A DNA stretch of 64,000 nucleotides from Candidatus Obscuribacteraceae bacterium (GTDB lineage: Bacteria > Cyanobacteriota > Vampirovibrionia > Obscuribacterales > Obscuribacteraceae). The DNA lies in NCBI GenBank assembly GCA_044358055.1, contig JBIKOL010000001.1, positions 46,499 through 110,498 on the forward strand, written 5' to 3'. A program made the position numbers and the translations under genes. Positions within the stretch are counted from its first letter, which is position 1. Each line of letters begins with the position of its first letter. The notes below the pieces were generated by a model. It had not been told where the DNA came from, did no database searches, and saw nothing but the letters and a program-made list of their open reading frames with translations. This document shows, in pieces, positions 57,364 through 64,000 of the stretch.

Positions 57364-58404
57364 TTACTGTGTCTTTAGTTGTGCTAATCCGTGGGAATCA
57401 AGATAATCGTTAAGCGATTGTTTCAAGTCGAACCCGTTCAAGGATTGCGTCGGCACAAATTGCGTTAGGCGATCGTATTCCGAGCGCAATTGACCATCGC
57501 GAACGGGCTGTCCGTCATAAGTGAACACGCGATTGGTGCTGAGGTTAAGCAAAGTGTCATTCGGGCCCAGCATGTAGTGATTCAATGATTCTTGTTGAAA
57601 CATATCGATTGGCTGCCCCGACCAGATGTCGGATTCACTGACGACATATTGCGTTCTGGTCACTAGTTGCTGGATGTCTGACTTCTCGCAGTTTTGTCTC
57701 ATAGTCATAAACTTGACCATCTTCCCTTCCGATTGACCGTCTCTTTCCGACGGCAAGAAATTGACGTGCCATATATTTCCAGCCGCGTCCTTTTGATGAC
57801 CCCAGGTTGCTTGCATTCTGTTTTCAACGAACTGGTGCAATTCTCGTTTTTGACCGTTGCGCAAATCTGTCACGCTCAATGTCAAATCGCCTGGTTTCAA
57901 CCATCTACCAGCCATCCAGGCGGGAATCATGAACCAGTCGGCAGTATATTTTTTTACTTCTGCACTCAGCTGCTTCGTAGAATCGGTGGTGGGCTGTGCC
58001 ACACCATTCATTGGGATATAGCCCCTGTTTGCATTAGCGCTGCTGCTCTCGGGCGGAGACTTGCTTACTTCTAGCGGAACTGCTGTGCTGCGGTGTAAGC
58101 TAAGTGACTGATCTACGTGAGGAAGCGCTTCGCTGTGGCTAACCCCTCCGTACAATTTAAATGGATGAGCAGGAATCGCCGGATCTGCCGGCAGCGCAGA
58201 ATCTAATTTCGGCGTTGGTACATTGCTTCCTGCCGCCGGATCTGGTGGCAGAGTATCCGCTGGCAGCGGGCTGGCAGATTCAGCTGCCGCTGGGTTCTGT
58301 GCTATTACCTGAGCTTGCAATCCATTTGCAAACAAGGCAATGACAATCGAGCAAAGCTTCGCCGCGAACCAGCACCTTGAGATGGGGCTTGAGTTTTTCT
58401 GCAT
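57364..58404 (-). CDS. Exported protein of unknown family (paralog of 45742..46530) with Pro/Ala-rich N-terminal linker
   Basis: ATG 58404. Signal AAKLCSIVIALFANGLQAQ. Blocks WFMIPAWMAGRW and GHQKDAAGNIWH are shared with the 286-aa ORF. Confidence 0.75.
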   Translation of the reverse strand: MQKNSSPISRCWFAAKLCSIVIALFANGLQAQVIAQNPAAAESASPLPADTLPPDPAAGSNVPTPKLDSALPADPAIPAHPFKLYGGVSHSEALPHVDQSLSLHRSTAVPLEVSKSPPESSSANANRGYIPMNGVAQPTTDSTKQLSAEVKKYTADWFMIPAWMAGRWLKPGDLTLSVTDLRNGQKRELHQFVENRMQATWGHQKDAAGNIWHVNFLPSERDGQSEGKMVKFMTMRQNCEKSDIQQLVTRTQYVVSESDIWSGQPIDMFQQESLNHYMLGPNDTLLNLSTNRVFTYDGQPVRDGQLRSEYDRLTQFVPTQSLNGFDLKQSLNDYLDSHGLAQLKTQ

Positions 58405-58667
58405 ACAATAAACGTCAACCAACACTTGATAGCCGGCAATTATACGGGAAAATGTAGCCGTCTTCCAGCCAAAGCTAGTTCATTGTCGAAAATGTCGTTC
58501 TGTGTACTCCGGAGTCGCTAGCGTTCGATGTTGCGCTAAGTACTGGCGAACGTATTTTACTTAGAGTTGACGACGGACCTGGCATTCCTGCGGCGCGTTT
58601 TCGAGCGATTCTATCGTATACTTGGCACGGCGTTAGCAGCACCAAACAAATCGGAGACGGCCTGATC

Positions 58668-59321
58668 ATGATGGAACAGCTAGGTGAAACTCCGCTGCAA
58701 ATCATGCTACTCGCGCAGGAGGCTGCTCAAAGCCTCGGTGATACGCGCATCGGCACCGAGCATATTTTGCTGGGCATTTTGAGTTTCGATAATCCTGCCA
58801 AAAGTGCATTGCAAGGATTTGACGTCAGCTATGAACAATTGCGCGGAGAACTAGAAGAAATTCGCAGCGGGCAGAATTCTCTGCCTTTTGATGTGGAACT
58901 ATTTGTTTTGACTGAACGCGCAGAGCGAGTTCTAGAGCTTGCCTTCTTAGAGGCGAAGAATTATCAGCATGAGCAAATTGGTGCTGAGCATTTGCTTCTG
59001 GGCATTGTACGCCTTGGCCACGGCATTGCTGCTGGAATCTTGACTAAACTAGGTGTAAGTCTGGTCGATCTTGAAATAGCCTTGCTCTATCAATGCTCAA
59101 GCATTATTGCTGCACCTCTTGAAGATGTGCAAAAAGAGCTAGTGACGCAAATCGCGGTCTGGAGCCGTCTAGGCGTAATCGCACGCGAGCAAGGTTATGA
59201 GGACCTGGCTTACCAATCTACACAGCACACAAAGATGTACAAAGAAGCCCTGCAAGAATTGCAAACAACGCTTCCCCCTGCCGACAACGCAGTCCAGGCC
59301 GACAGCAGCAAATCGAGCTGA
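58668..59321 (+). CDS. Stand-alone Clp N-terminal (Clp_N repeat) domain protein
   Basis: Two Clp_N repeats (IGTEHILLGIL, IGAEHLLLGIV) followed by a helical C-terminus. No AAA+ module. Confidence 0.82.
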   Translation: MMEQLGETPLQIMLLAQEAAQSLGDTRIGTEHILLGILSFDNPAKSALQGFDVSYEQLRGELEEIRSGQNSLPFDVELFVLTERAERVLELAFLEAKNYQHEQIGAEHLLLGIVRLGHGIAAGILTKLGVSLVDLEIALLYQCSSIIAAPLEDVQKELVTQIAVWSRLGVIAREQGYEDLAYQSTQHTKMYKEALQELQTTLPPADNAVQADSSKSS

Positions 59322-59349
59322 TAGGTCTTCTAGATACGCTAAAGATCCT

Positions 59350-59469
59350 GATCGGCAAGTTCAAAGCGGATGCCCCGGGATCGCGGGCGTCCCGCCCGCT
59401 TACGAAAAAGATCGGCAAGCTCAAAAGCGGACGCCCCGGGAGCGCGGGCGTCCCGCCCGCTTTTCAATT
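59350..59469 (+). repeat. 2 x 60-bp tandem duplication, each unit carrying a family 3 palindromic element
   Basis: Units start at 59350 and 59410 (gatcggcaag.tcaaa(a)gcgga.gccccggga.cgcgggcgtcccgcccgct). Cores at 59365..59400 and 59426..59461. Confidence 0.9.
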
Positions 59470-59575
59470 GAGCGGACTGCGATGGTCTTGAAAAGTCATT
59501 GCAAGTCAGTTCCTTGCTTTTCCCTTGCCATCGCTTTAAAATCGTCTTCAACAAAGGGCATGCCGAGAGTCTGCG

Positions 59576-60523
59576 GTGTCTGAAACGACAAAAACTCATC
59601 ACGTCTCCGGGCTTGCCACGAAGCTGCGAATAGCCGGAAACATCGATCTTGCACCAGTGACAGACGGACTGGTGCAAGTCATGATGGCTGGTGCGCGTTG
59701 CCCCGGGTTCTGGAGTGCAGAAATAATTCCCCCTTCTGTTAATCGCGGCGAGTGGACTTTGCTCGAGCGTTTCAGTTCCGGAGAACAAGCACTCGCCTGG
59801 ATGCATTCAGAGCAGCGCAAACAATTGCTTGAATCCTTGCGCGCAATTGCACCAGGAAGATTGCTTACAGTCGATGAGTTGCTCGACGAACATGGTTCTA
59901 CAGGAACTGCAGCAACCGCTATTGTGACCAACGTGAAAACAGGAATGGAAGCCGCATATTGGGAATTTGAAGCGAGAATTCAGTCGGCGCAGGCACGTTT
60001 CCCGGGTTATCGCGGTACCTATATTCAGCCGCCTCCGCAGGATCGTCCCGGACAGTGGACCACCTTGCTTCGCTTTGACACGCCGGAAACACTGGAGGCC
60101 TGGCTTGCTTCTAGCGAAAGGAAGTCATTGCTCTCTGAAGGCAGACATTTGATTAACGACATTGATTTCCAGGATATGAGTTCATCTTTTCCTGGATGGT
60201 TTCCGGCGGATAAAGCGGGGCAACGCCCGCCTGTGTGGAAAACAGCCTGTCTCGTTTTCGTTGGAATCTTTCCAATTGTAGTTGCGCTGAAAACATTTCT
60301 TTGGTCTCAACTATCCGGCTTGAGCTCTGCGCTTGCCTTAGCAATTGTCACCGCCCTTAGTGTCAGTGGAATTAGTTGGGTCTGCATGCCTGTTCTCGTT
60401 AGACTCTTTCGCTGGTGGCTTCTGCCGAATGATCCTGATAAACGAACCAAAATCACAGCTACCGGTGCCGGTTTGATTCTTGCTTTGTTTCTTTTAGAGT
60501 TGTTGCTGTTTTGGGGCTTTTGA
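59576..60523 (+). CDS. Membrane-anchored protein with two ABM (antibiotic biosynthesis monooxygenase-like) repeats
   Basis: Two ferredoxin-like repeats (GEWTLLERFSSGEQALAWMHSEQR, GQWTTLLRFDTPETLEAWLASSER), then three TM helices. GTG start. Confidence 0.7.
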   Translation: MSETTKTHHVSGLATKLRIAGNIDLAPVTDGLVQVMMAGARCPGFWSAEIIPPSVNRGEWTLLERFSSGEQALAWMHSEQRKQLLESLRAIAPGRLLTVDELLDEHGSTGTAATAIVTNVKTGMEAAYWEFEARIQSAQARFPGYRGTYIQPPPQDRPGQWTTLLRFDTPETLEAWLASSERKSLLSEGRHLINDIDFQDMSSSFPGWFPADKAGQRPPVWKTACLVFVGIFPIVVALKTFLWSQLSGLSSALALAIVTALSVSGISWVCMPVLVRLFRWWLLPNDPDKRTKITATGAGLILALFLLELLLFWGF

Positions 60524-62034
60524 TGTCACGTATCATTTTCCTGTTTCTTGTTCTTTCAATCTTCTTGCCCGCGCTAGCTGCAGAAGAGTACGTCCAGAAA
60601 GAATCAATCGATATAGACTATCGCTCACCTGCAAAGCCCTTCCCTCACATCTGGGAAAACATGTTTGGTTCAGGGCGCTCGGTACTCAGCCTGCAAGAGA
60701 ATTACCGTGAAGATTTGCGGAAACTCAAAACTGTTGCTGACGTAAAGTACATTCGTTTCCACGATATTTTTCACGACGATGTGGCTGTCTATGATGAAGA
60801 CAAAAACGGCATTCCTGTCTACAATTTCACGCGTGTGGATCAAATCTACGACGGTCTTTTAAAAGAGGGCGTGCGCCCCTTTGTCGAATTGAGTTTTATG
60901 CCCGTAAAGCTGTCCGTGAGCCCGCCTGCGATTCACAGCTTCTGGTATCACCCCATTGTCAGCCCACCGAAAGACTGGCAGAAGTGGGCTGGTCTTATCC
61001 GTGCTTTCACTACGCATTTGATCGATCGATATGGAATTGAGGAAGTTTCCAAATGGTATTTCGAAGTTTGGAACGAACCAGACATCGAATTCTGGGCTGC
61101 TCAGCCGAGGCTCGAATCCTACTACAAACTCTATGACGTCACCGCGCGCCAGATAAAAGCAGTAAGTCCACGATTGCGAGTTGGTGGTCCTGCGACGGCG
61201 ATGAAAGATTGGATCCCATCTTTTATCAATTACTGTGCAAGCAATAAAGTTCCAATTGATTTCGTTTCTACTCATACTTATGCCAACGAGGGCGACCAAG
61301 CAGCAAAAGGCAATCCGCAGGCTCGCAACCATGTGGTCAGCGACAACGTAAAGACCGTGAATAAAATGGTGAAGTCATCAGCAGTTCCAAATTTGCCTAT
61401 TATCTGGAGCGAATACAATGCAAGCTGGAAAAACGAAGTCGATGTAACAGATTCGGATTTGATGGGTCCCTGGCTTGCAAACAACATTAGCTTGTGCGAT
61501 GGATACGCTGATGAAATGTCATTCTGGACTTTCTCGGATGTTTTTGACGAAGACGGAATAAATTCTACTCCTTTTTACGGTGGATTCGGTCTCATCGCTA
61601 CTGGTGGCATTCCCAAAGCATCTTTCAATGCATTCAAGCTCATGCATATGCTCGGCAACATGCGCCTGCCTGTGAATTCCACGTCGGCCCTCGTCACAAA
61701 GAATGCCGATGGCAAGCTGGTTTTTGCTGTATGGAACTATTTTTCCGAGGAGGTTAACGGCAATCCAAAAGACGTCCTCATTCAACTGAATAATTTGCCA
61801 TCGTCATTCAAAAATGCACGAGTGTATGTCCTGGACAAAGACCACGGATCTGTCTTAGCTGCCTGGCGCAAAATGGGAAGCCCACAGTTTCCCACACGAG
61901 AACAACAAGCCAGTTTGCGAAAATCCGCTGAATTACCGCCCCCGCAAACAATGCCCTTGCATCAAGGAAATACAAAGGAACTCAATCTCCATCTTCTCCC
62001 CCGCGCACTAGCCCTTGTTGAACTAACCCCCTGA
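60523..62034 (+). CDS. Exported glycoside hydrolase family 39 (beta-xylosidase/alpha-L-iduronidase-like)
   Basis: Signal IIFLFLVLSIFLPALAAE. WYFEVWNEPD acid/base motif. ATG 60523 overlaps the upstream TGA by 1 nt. Confidence 0.85.
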   Translation: MSRIIFLFLVLSIFLPALAAEEYVQKESIDIDYRSPAKPFPHIWENMFGSGRSVLSLQENYREDLRKLKTVADVKYIRFHDIFHDDVAVYDEDKNGIPVYNFTRVDQIYDGLLKEGVRPFVELSFMPVKLSVSPPAIHSFWYHPIVSPPKDWQKWAGLIRAFTTHLIDRYGIEEVSKWYFEVWNEPDIEFWAAQPRLESYYKLYDVTARQIKAVSPRLRVGGPATAMKDWIPSFINYCASNKVPIDFVSTHTYANEGDQAAKGNPQARNHVVSDNVKTVNKMVKSSAVPNLPIIWSEYNASWKNEVDVTDSDLMGPWLANNISLCDGYADEMSFWTFSDVFDEDGINSTPFYGGFGLIATGGIPKASFNAFKLMHMLGNMRLPVNSTSALVTKNADGKLVFAVWNYFSEEVNGNPKDVLIQLNNLPSSFKNARVYVLDKDHGSVLAAWRKMGSPQFPTREQQASLRKSAELPPPQTMPLHQGNTKELNLHLLPRALALVELTP

Positions 62035-62142
62035 TTAATTTTGGGATCCATAAAAGCAATCTCGGATAAGGAATCAGAAAAGGCAATATTCCACTGTGGT
62101 ATATTCCTGCAATTGATAACGTCGGGAATAATGGTAATTCGC

Positions 62143-62583
62143 ATGCATAAGACTGATTCAAAGCCAGTGCAAACTCGTGTTTATGTAGATATGGTTGGCG
62201 ATCTGTTTCACATGGGGCACGTAGCTTTGCTCAAAGCAGCGCGAGAGATGGGTGATTGGCTTGTGGTTGGAGTGCTCTCGGATGAAGTCGTTGAAGCATA
62301 CAAGCGGCGCCCGATTATGTCTTTAGATGAACGAACTTCAGTTATCCGATCTTGCCGTTATGTCGACGAGGTCATCCCCGGGGCACCGGATCGCGTTACC
62401 ATTGATTTTCTTGATTCTCACGGTATTGCATTTATAGTGCATGGAGACGATATTGTTTTGAGCTCAACAAATCATGTATACGCGGAAGTTGCCGCTGCCG
62501 GAAGATTGAGGTTAATACCTCGCACGAACTCAATTTCAACCACAGAAATTATTCGACGTGTCAAAGAAAGACCAGATTGTTGA
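62143..62583 (+). CDS. Cytidylyltransferase family protein (TagD / phospho-alcohol cytidylyltransferase-like)
   Basis: HxGH motif (FHMGH) and RTNSISTTEII (RTxGISTT-type) motif. ATG 62143 (the track ORF opens at TTG 62041). Confidence 0.85.
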   Translation: MHKTDSKPVQTRVYVDMVGDLFHMGHVALLKAAREMGDWLVVGVLSDEVVEAYKRRPIMSLDERTSVIRSCRYVDEVIPGAPDRVTIDFLDSHGIAFIVHGDDIVLSSTNHVYAEVAAAGRLRLIPRTNSISTTEIIRRVKERPDC

Positions 62584-62625
62584 CCGGCTTTTCGTGCAAG
62601 TCTGACTCGCTTTTCTAATAAATTC

Positions 62626-63360
62626 TCATGAGATGAACCGCCCAGACTTTCGATCATTCATCTCTCCAGACAAATAGCTTTGCGCAAACGCCACACCCAG
62701 ACACAACACGCCAAACGTCATTCCCGTAACCGAACTGCGAGCAAGCCCATCTTGAACCGTCAGAACTATATCGTCAGTCAAACCCAAATAAGTAAAATGT
62801 ACAAGCGCTCCAATGAAAAATGGTGCCAGATATGAAACTGAATACCAGGTTTCCTTCGGCCAACCATACTTAGAAGATGCCGACACTGAAAGCTTTAGAA
62901 AAAGAAGCACGCTGAACAGCAAATTTCCACTATTGTCTTTTGCACACTCCGCCATTTCTCCAGCAATCTCATTCGATTGACCGTAGCGCCCACCCACGGG
63001 CGCACCAACCAGCCCCTGGGCAAAAGCCTGCTCTGCAGACAACCATCCAATCAACGATAATACAAGCGCGATTCCGGCAACTTTAGCCACTCTGTCTCTT
63101 ATTTTCCTTAGCCCAACTGGACAGTTATCTGTGATTACGGTTCCGTCTTTCCTCCGGTAAAGCCTGACACACAAACGCCCCTCCGTGCGCTGCACCAGCC
63201 TAACCGCTTCGTCCGCCGACATGCTGCCGATGTTATAGACATTCATTTTGCACTGCTCACAAAAGCGCACACGATCATTACCCTGCATATTCTCAAATCC
63301 AACATCACAAGGCGCTGCCACTCGAATATTATTCAAAATGGAATCAGTAGAATCGGTCAT
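62626..63360 (-). CDS. Membrane protein with N-terminal Cys-rich (putative zinc-binding) module
   Basis: ATG 63360. APCDVGFENMQGNDRVRFCEQCKMNVYNIGSMS..EA..LCVRLYRRKDGTVITDNCPVGL, then 4-5 TM helices. Confidence 0.72.
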   Translation of the reverse strand: MTDSTDSILNNIRVAAPCDVGFENMQGNDRVRFCEQCKMNVYNIGSMSADEAVRLVQRTEGRLCVRLYRRKDGTVITDNCPVGLRKIRDRVAKVAGIALVLSLIGWLSAEQAFAQGLVGAPVGGRYGQSNEIAGEMAECAKDNSGNLLFSVLLFLKLSVSASSKYGWPKETWYSVSYLAPFFIGALVHFTYLGLTDDIVLTVQDGLARSSVTGMTFGVLCLGVAFAQSYLSGEMNDRKSGRFIS

Positions 63361-63742
63361 CTTAGTAATCCCCCCATGCAAGAAACGAGCCACCACTCAG
63401 GCAACTTTGCCATGGCATGCTTTCTGAAATTCAAAACAAAAGTTTTTCGCTTGCTTCCAAAAATTGAAAACGAGCGCACAGTTCAAAATTACGGATAGCA
63501 CAGATTATGCGTTATTAACAATGCCTCTGACAAGCACGTATTTGGCTCAGATTGGGGAGAACACGAAGGCGAAATCCAGCTGTTGTGGAATATTTATCAC
63601 TCTCAGCCTTGCGCACACGGTGCAATTTGCCATACGGCACATTTAATTCTGACTCTAGGGTTTTTAGCCTAACGAATCAAAGGCACTTGAGATAGCGTGG
63701 TTCTACAGGGTACATGCCTCAGACTTGCTTTGCTACCAGCCT

Positions 63743-64000
63743 ATGAAAAATTGGGATTTTCTCGATAATATCAAAGTAGCCTCCCCATGCTCCGCGGATT
63801 GGGACTCTATGGTAGGGGATGAACGCAAGCGATTCTGCGAAGCCTGCAAATTGCATGTCTACGATCTTTCTTCCATGACACGACATGAAGCGGAGGAATT
63901 TCTTTTTGCCGCCGATGGCAACCGGTGCGTGAAATTTTTTCGTCGAAAAGACGGCACCATTCTTACAAACGACTGCCCGGTTGGCTTACGAATAATACGC
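63743..64000 (+). CDS. Partial CDS (5-prime end, runs off the window): paralog of the Cys-rich module protein
   Basis: My translation from ATG 63743: MKNWDFLDNIKVASPCSADWDSMVGDERKRFCEACKLHVYDLSSMTRHEAEEFLFAADGNRCVKFFRRKDGTILTNDCPVGLRIIR. It is collinear with the N-terminus of 62626..63360. Not in the ORF track because no stop falls inside the window. Confidence 0.75.
   Translation, partial: MKNWDFLDNIKVASPCSADWDSMVGDERKRFCEACKLHVYDLSSMTRHEAEEFLFAADGNRCVKFFRRKDGTILTNDCPVGLRIIR

Noticed and set aside
58505-58535. GTTCGAT T-loop-like string (also gttcgaat at about 12489) as a possible tRNA
   Set aside because: No complementary T-stem, acceptor stem or anticodon arm could be drawn. I found no tRNA or rRNA in the window.

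Overview
Gene-dense chromosomal segment with about 55 protein-coding genes on both strands. By eye I found no rRNA, tRNA, CRISPR array, transposase, integrase or phage genes. The host is a diderm bacterium (LpxI present). Taxonomy cannot be fixed without a database search. The gene content (type III glutamine synthetase, DUF1800/DUF1501 pair, many TPR and exported low-complexity proteins, GTAG-headed GC-rich REP hairpins in a moderate-GC background) fits an uncultivated Gram-negative lineage.

Recognisable core genes: rsgA, typA/bipA, glnN, yjbQ-family, lpxI, allA, aceB, glpQ-like GDPD, msrA, a Rieske ferredoxin, a PP2C phosphatase, a hybrid histidine kinase, two MFS transporters, a GH39 glycosidase and a cytidylyltransferase.

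Loci worth a second look:
1. 99-8164: three exported genes in a row, namely a 1740-aa beta-helix exoprotein with a C-terminal FecR-like tandem, an anthrax-LF-like (M34-type) HExxH protease with an (AADAKA)n spacer, and a TPR protein.
2. 32027-35374: a 4-TM protein plus Tat-signal DUF1800 and DUF1501 (function unknown). A repeated motif lies upstream and a perfect 20-nt inverted REP pair lies downstream.
3. 47789-55166: a globin-coupled histidine kinase divergent from a NarL-type regulator, flanked by three USP domains, rhodanese and a di-heme cytochrome c. This resembles a Dos-like hypoxia/redox module.
4. 55179-58404: an exported operon (unknown protein, DUF900 lipoprotein hydrolase, TPR protein). 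Its first gene has a paralog at 45742-46530.
5. Three families of GC-rich palindromic intergenic repeats (REP/BIME-like). One is fused to a 47-bp tandem repeat and one is [12 protein letters not shown] 2 x 60 bp.
6. 46600-47100: a 0.5-kb gene-free region that ends in two plus-strand intrinsic terminators with no plus-strand gene, so it may encode an sRNA or micro-ORF.
7. 62626-64000: divergent Cys-rich paralogs.

All domain calls rest on motifs read in the translations and on recalled family signatures. No searches were run.
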